A stretch of 64,000 nt of DNA from Bacteroidia bacterium. GTDB lineage: Bacteria; Bacteroidota; Bacteroidia; Bacteroidales; GWA2-32-17. Position 1 is the stretch's first letter, and every line of letters begins with the position of its first letter. Shown here piece by piece: positions 46,143 through 56,900 of this stretch. The notes below the pieces were generated by a model. That model ran no database searches, was not told where the DNA came from, and saw only the letters and a list, made by a program, of their open reading frames with translations. The DNA lies in assembly GCA_016218155.1 (NCBI GenBank), contig JACREQ010000069.1:95311-159310 (forward strand), given 5' to 3'. The translations under genes and the position numbers were made by a program.

Positions 46143-47009
46143 ATGAAAAAACTTTCACTCTTTACTGTATTAATTTGTTTGACGGGTTTGGTCAATGCAC
46201 AATTCATTATTTCTGGACAACATAGTATAAATGATTACCATTACCAATTTGTACCTGATAGTATAGTAATTAACATCCCCCAAAACCCACCGAATTATAA
46301 TCCGCAATTTTATTTGATTGATATAAATAATGATGGAATCATGGACTTCCAATTTGCACTTCGTCCTCCTACTACAGCTTTAGGTATGAATTCGGATTAT
46401 TGTACTTTAAGCGGTCTTAATAACAATAATGTTGCTTTAGGTTATTTCGATACTTGTTATACAAATACTGGCGTATATGTAAATAGGTTTGGAATAGCTC
46501 ATGAATTTAATTACAATTACTCTATAAATTCAAATGCAAATTGGGATAGTTTAGTTTACTTGAATTATTATACTGTGTATACAGGAAGTTACGGTTGTGG
46601 ATGCCCAAATTGCTCATTCACCGCTTACATTGGTGTACGTGTACAAGTAGCTTCTTCTTATAAATATGGCTGGATTAAGATTGCTGGCCTTACATTTAAT
46701 CCATGGGGCAATACAACTTTAACAATGGGGGAATTTGCTTGTGAAAATATTGGTAATGGTGTAAATATGCATACAAATAACAGAGAACTGAAATCAGTTT
46801 ATCCAAACCCTGCAAATGATAAATTGACTATTGAGTCCCTGCAAAAATCAATCATATTAATTTCAGACATGCAAGGACAAGTAATTTTAGAACAAAATTT
46901 AAAGCAAGGAATAACTGATATTAATATAAGTGGACTTTCAAAAGGAATTTACATTTTAAAACAAGTTGGAAATAATAAAACCGAGGTGACAAGAATTATT
47001 AAAGAGTAA
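46143..47009 (+). CDS. Hypothetical secreted protein; T9SS type-A cargo
   Basis: 288 aa with a signal peptide. C-terminal tail: VYPNPANDKLTIES...GIYILKQ. Confidence 0.7.
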   Translation: MKKLSLFTVLICLTGLVNAQFIISGQHSINDYHYQFVPDSIVINIPQNPPNYNPQFYLIDINNDGIMDFQFALRPPTTALGMNSDYCTLSGLNNNNVALGYFDTCYTNTGVYVNRFGIAHEFNYNYSINSNANWDSLVYLNYYTVYTGSYGCGCPNCSFTAYIGVRVQVASSYKYGWIKIAGLTFNPWGNTTLTMGEFACENIGNGVNMHTNNRELKSVYPNPANDKLTIESLQKSIILISDMQGQVILEQNLKQGITDINISGLSKGIYILKQVGNNKTEVTRIIKE

Positions 47010-47020
47010 AATTTACAGCC

Positions 47021-47075
47021 TATAACACCACCTACGAATACAACGTGCAGCAATGTGCAACTTGACAACTTTAAC
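47021..47075. repeat. Partial inverted copy (copy 3) of the 26-27 kb intergenic repeat
   Basis: cctataacaccacctacgaatacaacgtgcagcaatgtgcaacttgacaa is the reverse complement, with a few mismatches, of ttgtcaagttgcacttcactgctcgttgttttcgtaggtggtgttac at 26143-26189. Confidence 0.7.
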
Positions 47076-47083
47076 ATTAAATA

Positions 47084-47500
47084 CTATTCTCCAATAATTT
47101 TCACCAATAATCTTTTTCTACGCTTTCCGTCAAATTCTCCGTAAAAAATTTGTTCCCAAGGACCAAAGTCTAGTTTACCATTTGTTATAGCTACAACAAC
47201 TTCGCGACCCATAATTGTACGTTTTAAATGAGCATCTGCATTGTCCTCAAAACCATTGTGTTTGTATTGCGAATATGGCTTTTCGGGTGCAAGTTTTTCG
47301 AGCCACACTTCAAAATCATGATGTAAGCCAGATTCATCATCGTTTATAAAAACACTTGCAGTTATATGCATAGCATTTACCAGGCATAGTCCTTCTTTAA
47401 TACCACTATCAATCAAACACTGATTTACAAAAGGAGTTATATTAATTAACTCACGTCGGCTTTTAATATCGAACCAAAGTTCTTTACGGTAGGATTTCAT
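47084..47500 (-). CDS. yjbQ: YjbQ/UPF0047 family protein (secondary thiamine-phosphate synthase-like)
   Basis: 138 aa. [36 protein letters not shown]...[10 protein letters not shown] is the family signature. Confidence 0.85.
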   Translation of the reverse strand: MKSYRKELWFDIKSRRELINITPFVNQCLIDSGIKEGLCLVNAMHITASVFINDDESGLHHDFEVWLEKLAPEKPYSQYKHNGFEDNADAHLKRTIMGREVVVAITNGKLDFGPWEQIFYGEFDGKRRKRLLVKIIGE

Positions 47501-47547
47501 ATTTTTTTTGACACTAATTTAGTAATAATTTCAGTAAATACTTTTTA

Positions 47548-47589
47548 TTGTCATCCAGAGCAAAGCGAAGGATCTGGTTCGTATCTATA
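47548..47589. repeat. Short dispersed intergenic repeat, copy C
   Basis: ttgtcatccagagcaaagcgaaggatctggttcgtatctata. Confidence 0.6.
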
Positions 47590-47614
47590 TTCTTCACCAC
47601 TCCGCCCAAACTAG

Positions 47615-47645
47615 GACATTCAGAATGAAGAAGTGAAAAGCTATA
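47615..47645. repeat. Short dispersed intergenic repeat, copy D (diverged)
   Basis: ggacattcagaatgaagaagtgaaaagctata resembles copy A. It overlaps the truA stop codon. Confidence 0.45.
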
Positions 47646-48435
47646 CTAAAACCCAATTATTTATAAAAGCAGCAAATTCTGCCCTTTGTTTTATATCTAA
47701 AAATGGATAAGTAACTTTTGAAAGATACAACCCTTGCGGAAAAGCAAGTTTATGTTCAGTCTCAATTTCTCTGGAAATTAAATAATTTTCAAACTCAGCT
47801 ATACTCAAATTTCCCTTACCAATATCAAGTAACATTCTAACAATAATTCTTACCATTCCTCTTAAAAACCGGTTAGATGAAATCTGAAATCTAATTTTAT
47901 CTTCATTTTCAGAAACAAATAAATTTGCAGAAGTAATGTTACAAAGGGTTGTAGTTCCTTTATCAGGAGTTAAGCAAAGTGCTCTGAAGTCTGTATATTT
48001 TTTAAGCAAATTTGCAGCAACTTGCATTTTTGATAAATCCAGACTTCTTTCAATATAAAGTGAAGAAAGCTCATTAAGGAATGGATCTTTATATGTATGA
48101 ATAAAATAATCGTAAGTTCTGCTTATTGCATCAAATTGTGCATGCGAGTTTTCTTTAACTTCAATTATGTCAAAAACGGCAATATCTCTAGGTAACATTA
48201 TATTTAAACGAGCCAATAAATCAAAATCCCATTTCTCCGAAACATCAATATGAAAGAAATATTGACTTGCATGTACTTCTGCATCTGTTCTTCCACAACC
48301 AATACAAGTTATTTGACTTTTAAGAACCAGACTTAAATTCTCTTCAAATACTTGTTGTATGCTATTAGCATTTATTTGTCTTTGCCAGCCACGATAATGA
48401 GTGCCGTTATAACCGATATGAAAAAAATATCTCAA
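47641..48435 (-). CDS. truA: tRNA pseudouridine(38-40) synthase
   Basis: MRYFFHIGYNGTHYRGWQRQ...GCGRTDAEVHAS contains the catalytic Asp motif. Confidence 0.92.
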   Translation of the reverse strand: MRYFFHIGYNGTHYRGWQRQINANSIQQVFEENLSLVLKSQITCIGCGRTDAEVHASQYFFHIDVSEKWDFDLLARLNIMLPRDIAVFDIIEVKENSHAQFDAISRTYDYFIHTYKDPFLNELSSLYIERSLDLSKMQVAANLLKKYTDFRALCLTPDKGTTTLCNITSANLFVSENEDKIRFQISSNRFLRGMVRIIVRMLLDIGKGNLSIAEFENYLISREIETEHKLAFPQGLYLSKVTYPFLDIKQRAEFAAFINNWVLV

Positions 48436-48436
48436 C

Positions 48437-49276
48437 TTAAATACTTACTTTATTTTTCAACTCTTCCGGTAATGCAAAAAGTGATTTAATTCCTTTTGAT
48501 GTTGAATTCTTAAGTTCGTTGAAGAGATATTTGCCTATTAACTTTGGCACAAATAAAGGGCTCTCGACATTACCTGTTGTTTTTTCAACTTCCTTAATCA
48601 AATCAGCCAGAGCACTACGAATTTCTTCAGGAACAGATGGGTCCTGACTTGCTTTTTTGAGTTTAACCAGACCTTTCTGATAATCTCCTGAATCTATGTC
48701 ACCAATTGCATCCACAAGAATATAAGGCCAATTTACACCTGTAAGCTGACCAATTCCGGCAAAGTGAAAACGTGCCATATCAAAGTTTCTGTCATAAATG
48801 GAAACAACACCTGCAAGTAAATGGATAACTAGCATTTGAGTGTAAGCCTGATTCTGGTCTCCATCTTTTCCAAACTGCTTCATTCCAATAGTTGATTCTT
48901 CTTTTGCAATTTGTTTCCAACCCTTCTCATACATTCCAATAGATAATAAAATATGAGCAAGAGCTACAGCATTCTCGTCCTTACTGTTTTCTATAACAAT
49001 GTTTGATTCGGCAAAAGAAAAATTACTTTTTTGAGCAATTGACCACGAATAACCCAGCAATAACCGCATGTAATCTGAGCTTATTTTTTCAGAATCACTG
49101 GCAGTAGTATTATAAACAATTATTGCAGGACCAATAACAGATCCACTTAGAGTTTTATAGGTTTTGTAACTAAACCCATCTATTTCATCTTCATATAATT
49201 CTCTTTCTGTTGGCGAACCACACGAAACAAAAAGTAGAATCAAAGCAGTTATCCCAAAAGCAAACAGTTGTTTCAT
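48437..49276 (-). CDS. Hypothetical lipoprotein
   Basis: The start at the ATG at 49276 gives MKQLFAFGITALILLFVSCGS, a lipobox. The rest is helical and TPR-like. Confidence 0.55.
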   Translation of the reverse strand: MKQLFAFGITALILLFVSCGSPTERELYEDEIDGFSYKTYKTLSGSVIGPAIIVYNTTASDSEKISSDYMRLLLGYSWSIAQKSNFSFAESNIVIENSKDENAVALAHILLSIGMYEKGWKQIAKEESTIGMKQFGKDGDQNQAYTQMLVIHLLAGVVSIYDRNFDMARFHFAGIGQLTGVNWPYILVDAIGDIDSGDYQKGLVKLKKASQDPSVPEEIRSALADLIKEVEKTTGNVESPLFVPKLIGKYLFNELKNSTSKGIKSLFALPEELKNKVSI

Positions 49277-49349
49277 AGCCGATTTTATAAAATTAAATCT
49301 ATTACAAAATAACAATATAAACTAATAAGGAATAAATGCTTAATATTCC

Positions 49350-51089
49350 TTACTGTAATTTTAAAGATTCAATAATCTTTTCGATTTTTGTATCGAGTTT
49401 TTTATTTACTTCATCAAATTTAGCAGGTGAGGAGAGAGGTTCTTTTACCCCAAAATAAAATTTAATTTTAGGTTCAGTTCCCGAAGGACGAATAGAAACA
49501 ACGGAACCATCTGCTGTAATAAATTGCAAAACATCTGATTTTGGTTGATCTATTGATTTTTTTGAATTATTTGTAAAATCATGATCAATCTGTAAAAGAT
49601 AATCTTTCATACAGCTAACCTTAGAACCAGCTATTTCCATTGGTGGGTTCTGACGAAAAGTTTTCATCATCTTTTTAATTTCCTCTTGACCTTCGCTACC
49701 TTTTTTTGTTATTGACAATAAAGATTCTTTATAAAATCCATATTTACAATAAATATCAATAAGTAAACTGTACAATGTTTTTCCATTATCCTTAGCCCAA
49801 GCAGCACATTCGGCAATCATAGCACAAGCAGATACAGCATCTTTATCTCTTACATAATCTCCAACTAAAAAACCGTAGCTTTCTTCACCACCACAGATAT
49901 ATTTCTTTTTACCTTCGTTTTCACGAATAACCTCTGCAATATATTTAAATCCAGTAAGTACATCAAAATATTCTACATTAAAATCATTTGCAATTGAAGC
50001 AAGTAATTCTGTTGTAACGATTGTTTTAACAATATACTCATTACCTCTTAATAAATGATTTTCTTTATATTTTGAAAGCATGTAGAATGTCAATAATGAT
50101 GCTGTTTGGTTTCCATTAAGCAAAATATGCTCACCATTAAAGTTTTTAACTGCAACGCCAACTCTGTCGGCATCCGGATCAGTAGCAAGGATAAGGTCAG
50201 CATTAATTTTTGCAGCCATTTCCAAAGCTAAATTCAGTGCAGCTTTTTCCTCAGGATTCGGACTTTTTACTGTTGGGAAATCACCATCAGGTTTAGATTG
50301 TTCTTTTAATATATTAACATTGGTAAAACCTATTTTACTTAATGCTAATGGAACCAGATTTACACCCGAACCATGAATAGGAGTGTAAACAATATTAAGA
50401 TTATGATTATTCTTTATAGATTCTGGAGAAAGCGATGTTTTAACAATTTCATCTATATAAAGTTCATCAAATTCTTTACCTAACATTGTAATAGAACCAT
50501 CAACAACTTTATTTTTTACATCGCTAAACGATTTAATAGCAATAACTTCAGTTATAACATTTTTATCGTGAGGAGGTACAAGTTGTCCGCCATCTGTCCA
50601 GTAAGCCTTGTAACCATTATATTCTTTAGGATTATGTGAGGCTGTTATAACAACACCACCAATACATTGTAATTTTCTTACAGCGTATGATAATTCTGGA
50701 GTTGGTCTTAACGATTCAAATAAAAATACTTTAAAACCGTTAGCAGAAAATACATTAGCAGTGGCTTCTGCAAAGATTTTACTATTATTTCTGCTATCAT
50801 AAGCAATTGCTACTTTAAGATCCTTTTGTTTTGGGAAAGCTTTATTAATATGATTACTAAAGCCCTGTGTTGCCATCTGTACAGTATAAATATTCATTCT
50901 GTTTGTGCCAACACCCATAATTCCACGTAGGCCACCTGTTCCAAATTCCAAATCATCTGCAAAAGCTTCAGTTAATTCTTTAGGATTGTTTAAAAGCTCT
51001 TTTACACTTTTACACGTTTCGGCATCAAAGCCAGTTTCTAACCATTTCTCAGCTTTCTGGGTAGCTCTTTCAAGTCTATTATCAGTCAT
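49350..51089 (-). CDS. pgcA: Phosphoglucomutase/phosphomannomutase family phospho-sugar mutase
   Basis: 579 aa. It has the active-site loop GGVVITASHNPKEYNGYK and the metal loop ATDPDADR. Confidence 0.9.
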   Translation of the reverse strand: MTDNRLERATQKAEKWLETGFDAETCKSVKELLNNPKELTEAFADDLEFGTGGLRGIMGVGTNRMNIYTVQMATQGFSNHINKAFPKQKDLKVAIAYDSRNNSKIFAEATANVFSANGFKVFLFESLRPTPELSYAVRKLQCIGGVVITASHNPKEYNGYKAYWTDGGQLVPPHDKNVITEVIAIKSFSDVKNKVVDGSITMLGKEFDELYIDEIVKTSLSPESIKNNHNLNIVYTPIHGSGVNLVPLALSKIGFTNVNILKEQSKPDGDFPTVKSPNPEEKAALNLALEMAAKINADLILATDPDADRVGVAVKNFNGEHILLNGNQTASLLTFYMLSKYKENHLLRGNEYIVKTIVTTELLASIANDFNVEYFDVLTGFKYIAEVIRENEGKKKYICGGEESYGFLVGDYVRDKDAVSACAMIAECAAWAKDNGKTLYSLLIDIYCKYGFYKESLLSITKKGSEGQEEIKKMMKTFRQNPPMEIAGSKVSCMKDYLLQIDHDFTNNSKKSIDQPKSDVLQFITADGSVVSIRPSGTEPKIKFYFGVKEPLSSPAKFDEVNKKLDTKIEKIIESLKLQ

Positions 51090-51094
51090 ATACT

Positions 51095-51964
51095 CTATTT
51101 TTTCAATTTATTCAAACAATCTTCAAGGCTATCTCTCCAATAAGGAATCTCTATATTAAAAGTATTTTGAATTTTGTTTTTATTTAAAACACTATATGCA
51201 GGACGTTTTGCAGGTGTCGGATAATCCTTGGTTTCGATAGGATTCACTTTACATTTATATCCTGAAAATTTCATTATTTCGACAGCAAAATCATACCAGC
51301 TGCAAACACCATTATTTGCATAATTATAAATACCAGATTTAAAAGTATCAGATTTTTCTTCAGCATTAACAATTATTTGCAAAATTGCTTTTGCAAGATC
51401 TCTAGCATATGTAGGACTTCCAACCTGATCATAAACAACATTCAATTCTTCTCTGTCATTTCCAAGCTTAAGCATTGTTTTAACAAAATTATTTCCATAA
51501 GAAGAATATAGCCAGGATGTTCTTATTATAATACTATTATTATATCTCAAAGCTTCAGTTTCGCCTTTTAACTTTGTTAATCCGTATGCTGATTTTGGAT
51601 TTGTCGGGGCAGTTTCACTGTAAGGAATATTTGCAGTACCATCAAAAACATAATCAGTTGAAATTTGAATTAGTTTTGAATTAAAATGTGTTGCAAATTT
51701 TATAAGATTTGAAACTGCAGTAATATTAATTTTTTCGGCAAGTTTTATTTCACTCTCAGCCTTATCAACTGCAGTATAAGCAGCACAGTTAATAATATAC
51801 TTTACACTATTATTATTAAAGAATTTTTTGAGCAATGTTAAATCTGTAATATCTAGCTCAGTAACATCAGTAAAAATAAAGCTTAAAGAATTAAATTCAT
51901 TACTTAATTCTCTGATTTCGCTACCTAATTGTCCGTTAGCGCCGGTTACAAGTATTTTTGACAT
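51095..51964 (-). CDS. rfbD: dTDP-4-dehydrorhamnose reductase
   Basis: 289 aa. ILVTGANGQLG...AAYTAVDKAE...STDYVFDG...YGLTKLKGE. Confidence 0.9.
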   Translation of the reverse strand: MSKILVTGANGQLGSEIRELSNEFNSLSFIFTDVTELDITDLTLLKKFFNNNSVKYIINCAAYTAVDKAESEIKLAEKINITAVSNLIKFATHFNSKLIQISTDYVFDGTANIPYSETAPTNPKSAYGLTKLKGETEALRYNNSIIIRTSWLYSSYGNNFVKTMLKLGNDREELNVVYDQVGSPTYARDLAKAILQIIVNAEEKSDTFKSGIYNYANNGVCSWYDFAVEIMKFSGYKCKVNPIETKDYPTPAKRPAYSVLNKNKIQNTFNIEIPYWRDSLEDCLNKLKK

Positions 51965-51966
51965 AA

Positions 51967-52521
51967 TTAAAAACTAAAGTTTTTTTCTGCGTCATTAAAT
52001 AAAGGTTGAACGATATCTTTATCTGAAATAACTCTTTTATTTTCTTCTATTTTCCAATCAATTCCTAAAAATTGATCATTAAAATTAATTCCTCTTTCTG
52101 CTTCTTTGTTATATAAGCTGTCACATTTATAAATAAAAATTGCAGTTTCTGATAATACTGAAAATCCATGTGCAAAACCGCGTGGAATAAGTAGCTGTAA
52201 TTTGTTTTCACAACTTAATTCCTGTCCAAACCATTTTCCGAAAGTTGGACTACCTTTCCTTAAATCAACCGCCACATCCAATACACAACCTTGTAAAACT
52301 CTTACAAGTTTTGCCTGAGCATATGGTTCTAATTGATAATGCAACCCTCGAATAACACCAAATGTAGATTTGGATTCATTATCCTGAATAAAATTGTAAT
52401 TCAAACCATTATCAGCAAAGGTTTTTTCGTTAAATGATTCAAAGAAATAACCACGTTGATCTGAGAAAACTTTAGGTTCAATTACTACCAATCCGGGAAT
52501 AAATGTCTTAATAATTTTCAT
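51967..52521 (-). CDS. rfbC: dTDP-4-dehydrorhamnose 3,5-epimerase
   Basis: 184 aa. FSDQRGYFFESF...GVIRGLHYQ...AKLVRVLQGCVLDVAVDLR...PRGFAHGF. Confidence 0.92.
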   Translation of the reverse strand: MKIIKTFIPGLVVIEPKVFSDQRGYFFESFNEKTFADNGLNYNFIQDNESKSTFGVIRGLHYQLEPYAQAKLVRVLQGCVLDVAVDLRKGSPTFGKWFGQELSCENKLQLLIPRGFAHGFSVLSETAIFIYKCDSLYNKEAERGINFNDQFLGIDWKIEENKRVISDKDIVQPLFNDAEKNFSF

Positions 52522-52524
52522 TTA

Positions 52525-53406
52525 TTATGAAATAATTTGTTTCTCATTTGCTATTTGAAATAAATATTCACCATATTGGTTTTTCTTATATATCTCAGCA
52601 ATTGCGAGTAATTGCTCTTTGTTAATAAATCCTTCTCGAAATGCAATTTCTTCGATACACGCAACCTTTAATCCCTGACGTTCTTCAATTGTAGCAATGA
52701 AATTTGAGGCCTGTAACAAACTTTCGTGAGTTCCGGTATCTAACCATGCCATTCCACGACTTAAAAGTTTTACTCCTAAGCGGTTTTCTTCCAAATATAG
52801 TCTGTTTAAATCTGTAATTTCTAATTCGCCACGTTTAGATGGTTTTAGGTTTTTAGCTTTTTCAACTACATCATTTGAGTAATAGTAAAGACCGGTAACA
52901 GCATAATTAGATTTTGCTTCTTTAGGTTTTTCTTCAAGACTAATTACTTTTCCATTATCATCAAATTCAGCAACACCATATCTTTCAGGATCTTTTACGT
53001 AATACCCGAAAACTATTGCTCCATCTTTTAGTTGAGCAGCTTCTTTTAAAACTTTTCTGAATCCATATCCATAAAAGATATTATCTCCTAACACCATGCA
53101 TACACTATCTTTTCCAATAAATTTTTCTCCAATAATAAATGCCTGAGCTAAGCCATCTGGTGAAGGTTGTTCTTCATAAACAATTTGCAAACCAAGATGA
53201 GAACCATCACCAAATAAATCTTTATAAAGGTGAATATCTTTTGGGGTAGAAATTATAAGAATCTCGCGAATACCCGACATCATAAGCACAGATAAAGGAT
53301 AATATATCATTGGCTTATCATATATAGGAATAATCTGCTTAGAGATTGTTTGAGTAATAGGGTATAATCTAGTGCCCGAGCCACCTGCTAAAATGATGCC
53401 TTTCAT
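52525..53406 (-). CDS. rfbA: Glucose-1-phosphate thymidylyltransferase
   Basis: 293 aa. [18 protein letters not shown]...[17 protein letters not shown]...LGDNIFYG. Confidence 0.95.
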   Translation of the reverse strand: MKGIILAGGSGTRLYPITQTISKQIIPIYDKPMIYYPLSVLMMSGIREILIISTPKDIHLYKDLFGDGSHLGLQIVYEEQPSPDGLAQAFIIGEKFIGKDSVCMVLGDNIFYGYGFRKVLKEAAQLKDGAIVFGYYVKDPERYGVAEFDDNGKVISLEEKPKEAKSNYAVTGLYYYSNDVVEKAKNLKPSKRGELEITDLNRLYLEENRLGVKLLSRGMAWLDTGTHESLLQASNFIATIEERQGLKVACIEEIAFREGFINKEQLLAIAEIYKKNQYGEYLFQIANEKQIIS

Positions 53407-53409
53407 TAT

Positions 53410-54351
53410 TTAAAGTTTTAAAGAGTTTTTGAAATAATTTATAGTTTGTTTTAACCCTTCATCTAAAGGAATTTTTGGTTCCCAACCGTTTAGTTCTTTT
53501 TTTGCTAAAGTAATATCTGGTTGACGTTGAGTAGGGTCATCCTCAGGAAGAGGCATATATATAATTTTTGATTTGGAATTTGTTAAATCAATAACTTTTT
53601 GTGCAAGTTCAAGTATTGTGAATTCACCAGGATTACCAATATTTACTGGTCCTGTAAACTCTTTAGGTGTTGCCATCATTCTGATCATACCTTCTACAAG
53701 ATCTGATACATATTGGAAACTACGTGTTTGAGAGCCTTCACCAAAAACAGTAATATCTTTATTATTTAATGCCTGAACAATAAAATTTGAAACTACACGA
53801 CCATCATTTGGATGCATGCGTGGACCATAAGTATTAAAAATTCTGATAATTTTTATGCTTACATTATTTTGTTTGTTATAATTCACAAAAAGTGATTCGG
53901 CACAACGCTTTCCTTCATCGTAACAAGAGCGAATTCCAATAGGATTAACATTACCCCAGTATGATTCGGGTTGTGGGTGAATATCAGGATCACCATAAAC
54001 TTCAGAAGTAGAAGCCTGCAAAATTTTAGCCTGAGTTCTTTTAGCAAGACCAAGCATATTAATTGCACCCATTACAGAAGTTTTAATAGTTTTTATTGAA
54101 TTAAACTGGTAGTGAATAGGAGAGGCGGGACATGCAAGATTGTAAATTTCATCAACTTCAAGAAAAATAGGCATTGTAACATCGTGCCTAATTAACTCAA
54201 AAAATGGATTTCCTAACAAATGAGCAATGTTTTCTTTTGAACCGGTAAAATAGTTATCGAGACAAATTACTTCGTTTCCTTCATTTAATAATCTTTCGCA
54301 TAGGTGAGAGCCAACAAATCCTGCTCCACCGGTTACCAATATTTTTTTCAT
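53410..54351 (-). CDS. uxs: UDP-glucuronate decarboxylase (UDP-xylose synthase)
   Basis: 313 aa. [34 protein letters not shown]...YDEGKRCAE. Confidence 0.88.
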   Translation of the reverse strand: MKKILVTGGAGFVGSHLCERLLNEGNEVICLDNYFTGSKENIAHLLGNPFFELIRHDVTMPIFLEVDEIYNLACPASPIHYQFNSIKTIKTSVMGAINMLGLAKRTQAKILQASTSEVYGDPDIHPQPESYWGNVNPIGIRSCYDEGKRCAESLFVNYNKQNNVSIKIIRIFNTYGPRMHPNDGRVVSNFIVQALNNKDITVFGEGSQTRSFQYVSDLVEGMIRMMATPKEFTGPVNIGNPGEFTILELAQKVIDLTNSKSKIIYMPLPEDDPTQRQPDITLAKKELNGWEPKIPLDEGLKQTINYFKNSLKL

Positions 54352-54360
54352 TCAATAAAT

Positions 54361-55692
54361 TTATTTAGCAATAATAGGTTCTCTTCCGATTGAATAATAT
54401 GTCCAATTCCATTCCTTCATTTCTTTTGGTTCATAAATATTTCTACCATCAAAAATTACTTTATTCTTCAACACTTTTTCCATCACTTTAAAATTTGGAG
54501 AACGGAATTCTGACCATTCTGTAACAAGCATTAAAGCATCGGCATCAATTAATGCATCGTAAGGATCTTTTGCATATTTAATTGTATCACCAATTTTTCT
54601 ATGAGTTTCTTCCATTGAAACAGGATCGTAAGCAACCACTTTTGCACCTGCTGCTAACAAATGTTCAATAATGACTAACGCTGGAGCTTCGCGCATATCA
54701 TCAGTATTCGGTTTAAATGAAAGTCCCCATATTGCAATGGTTTTATTTTTTAAATCACCTTTAAAATGCGACAATGCTTTTTTAAACAAAACTTCTTTCT
54801 GGCGATCATTAACATCTTCAACAGCCTTTAAAATAACCAATGAGTGTTTATTTTCATCAGAAGTTTTAATTAAGGCTTTAACATCTTTTGGAAAACACGA
54901 ACCACCATAACCTGCACCAGGATAAATAAATTTATTTCCAATTCTGCTATCACTTCCAATTCCTTTTCTTACCATGTTTACATCTGCTCCAACAATTTCG
55001 CAAAGGTTTGCGATATCATTCATAAAGCTAATTTTTGTTGCAAGCATTGAGTTTGCAGCATATTTTGTCATTTCAGCAGAAGGAATATCCATAAAGTAAA
55101 TAGGATGGTTATTCAAAAGAAATGGCTTATATAGACGTGTCATTATTTTTTCTGCCTCTTCACTTTCAATTCCAATAACAATTCTGTCTGGCTTTAAAAA
55201 ATCGTCAACAGCATCACCTTCTTTTAAAAACTCTGGATTTGAAGCTACATCGAAAGGAATTTTAACACCTCTTTTATCAAGTTCTTCCTGAATCGCAGCC
55301 TTTACTTTTACAGCTGTTCCAATAGGAACAGTACTTTTGGTAACAACAACCAGATAATTCTCCATATGCTGTCCTATTTCACGGGCAACCGATATAACAT
55401 ATTGCAAATCTGCACTTCCATCTTCATCAGGAGGAGTTCCAACTGCAGAAAATACTACTTCAACATCTTTTAATGAATCTTTTAAACTAGTACTAAAACT
55501 TAATCTTCCTTTTTCAACATTTCTGGCAACCATTTCTTCAAGACCTGGTTCCCAAATAGGAATAATGCCGTTATTAAGTTTATTAATCTTCTCAACGTCA
55601 ATGTCAACGCATGTAACATCAATACCAGTTTCGGCAAAACATGTTCCTGTTACCAAACCAACATAACCGGTTCCAACTACTGAAATCTTCAT
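54361..55692 (-). CDS. ugd: UDP-glucose 6-dehydrogenase
   Basis: 443 aa. MKISVVGTGYVGLVTGTCFAE...NPEFLKEG...GGSCFPKD. Confidence 0.95.
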   Translation of the reverse strand: MKISVVGTGYVGLVTGTCFAETGIDVTCVDIDVEKINKLNNGIIPIWEPGLEEMVARNVEKGRLSFSTSLKDSLKDVEVVFSAVGTPPDEDGSADLQYVISVAREIGQHMENYLVVVTKSTVPIGTAVKVKAAIQEELDKRGVKIPFDVASNPEFLKEGDAVDDFLKPDRIVIGIESEEAEKIMTRLYKPFLLNNHPIYFMDIPSAEMTKYAANSMLATKISFMNDIANLCEIVGADVNMVRKGIGSDSRIGNKFIYPGAGYGGSCFPKDVKALIKTSDENKHSLVILKAVEDVNDRQKEVLFKKALSHFKGDLKNKTIAIWGLSFKPNTDDMREAPALVIIEHLLAAGAKVVAYDPVSMEETHRKIGDTIKYAKDPYDALIDADALMLVTEWSEFRSPNFKVMEKVLKNKVIFDGRNIYEPKEMKEWNWTYYSIGREPIIAK

Positions 55693-55790
55693 TTTTATTA
55701 GTATTTGTTATTTTTTATTAATTTTTGACTAAAAAAACATTAAAGTACATGAATCATAAAAGATTTTCTTCCAACTTTCGTTTATATTTG

Positions 55791-55798
55791 CAAAAGTA
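55791..55798 (-). promoter_or_regulatory. Candidate -7 box (TACTTTTG) for the ugd operon
   Basis: Matches TAnnTTTG on the minus strand, about 100 nt upstream of the start at 55692. It abuts a plus-strand TATATTTG at 55783-55790. Confidence 0.3.
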
Positions 55799-55942
55799 AA
55801 TTTTTTATTTGAAAAATGTAAATCATGTAATATTTTGTTAATCAGTATAATTATCTTTGTTTTTATTTTTTTTTCAACATTGCAAAGATAACGTTTAGTG
55901 TTTAATTTTAATATGAGTATTGACATTGGTTATAACTTAAGG

Positions 55943-55950
55943 TAAATTTG
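55943..55950 (+). promoter_or_regulatory. Candidate -7 box (TAAATTTG) for rpoD
   Basis: Matches TAnnTTTG, 22 nt upstream of the ATG at 55973. Confidence 0.45.
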
Positions 55951-55972
55951 CATAAAATATCGGACTGAATAT

Positions 55973-56833
55973 ATGAGACAATTAAAAATCACAAAATCAA
56001 TTACTAATCGTGAGAGTGCATCGCTAGATAAATACTTGCAAGAGATTGGTAAAGAGCAGTTAATAACTGTTGAAGAAGAAGTAGATTTAGCGCAAAGAAT
56101 TAGAAAAGGGGATAGATCAGCTTTAGAAAAGTTAACCAGAGCAAATTTAAGATTTGTTGTTTCAGTTGCCAAACAATATCAGAATCAAGGGTTAAGCCTT
56201 CCAGATTTAATTAACGAAGGAAATTTAGGATTAATAAAAGCTGCTGAAAAATTTGATGAAACACGCGGTTTCAAATTTATTTCATACGCTGTTTGGTGGA
56301 TTCGTCAATCAATTTTACAAGCTTTGGCTGAACAATCAAGAATTGTTCGTTTACCATTAAATCAGGTTGGTTCATTAAATAAAATTAATAAAGCTCTTTC
56401 AAAATTTGAACAGGATTTTGAGCGTACTCCAACTCCAGACGAATTAGCAACAGTACTTGAAGTACCAAAAGAAAAAGTTATTGATACTTTAAGAGTTTCT
56501 GGTCGTCATATTTCAATGGATGCACCATTTGTTGAAGGTGAAGACAATAGTCTTATTGATGTTATCGAAAATAAAGATTCCCCAGTTGCAGATAGTAAAT
56601 TAATGGGAGAATCATTAAGTCGTGAAATTGAAAGAGCATTAGCTACTTTAACTGAACGTGAAAGAGATATTATCAGATTTTTCTTTGGAATTTCCTGTCA
56701 GGAAATGACTCTTGAAGAAATAGGTGAGAAATTTGCTCTTACCCGCGAAAGAGTTCGCCAGATTAAAGAAAAAGCTATACGTCGTTTACGTCATTCAAGT
56801 AGAAGTAAACTTTTAAAACAATATTTAGGTTAA
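55973..56833 (+). CDS. rpoD: Primary RNA polymerase sigma factor (Bacteroidota sigma-A type)
   Basis: 286 aa. [57 protein letters not shown], and region 4.2 [17 protein letters not shown]. Confidence 0.95.
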   Translation: MRQLKITKSITNRESASLDKYLQEIGKEQLITVEEEVDLAQRIRKGDRSALEKLTRANLRFVVSVAKQYQNQGLSLPDLINEGNLGLIKAAEKFDETRGFKFISYAVWWIRQSILQALAEQSRIVRLPLNQVGSLNKINKALSKFEQDFERTPTPDELATVLEVPKEKVIDTLRVSGRHISMDAPFVEGEDNSLIDVIENKDSPVADSKLMGESLSREIERALATLTERERDIIRFFFGISCQEMTLEEIGEKFALTRERVRQIKEKAIRRLRHSSRSKLLKQYLG

Positions 56834-56849
56834 TTCTAAAATTCACATA

Positions 56850-56887
56850 AAAAAAGTGCAATCAAATCTGGTTGCACTTTTTTTTAT
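56850..56887. terminator. Bidirectional rho-independent terminator between convergent genes
   Basis: An A-run, the stem agtgcaa/ttgcact with a 10-nt loop, then a T-run. Confidence 0.75.
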
Positions 56888-56900
56888 TGGATAAATAGAT

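Noticed and set aside
55729-56172. Two short minus-strand ORFs (65 and 80 aa) in the ugd-rpoD spacer and the rpoD 5' end
   Set aside because: One lies in an AT-rich promoter region and the other overlaps rpoD in antisense. No motifs are present and the composition is implausible.
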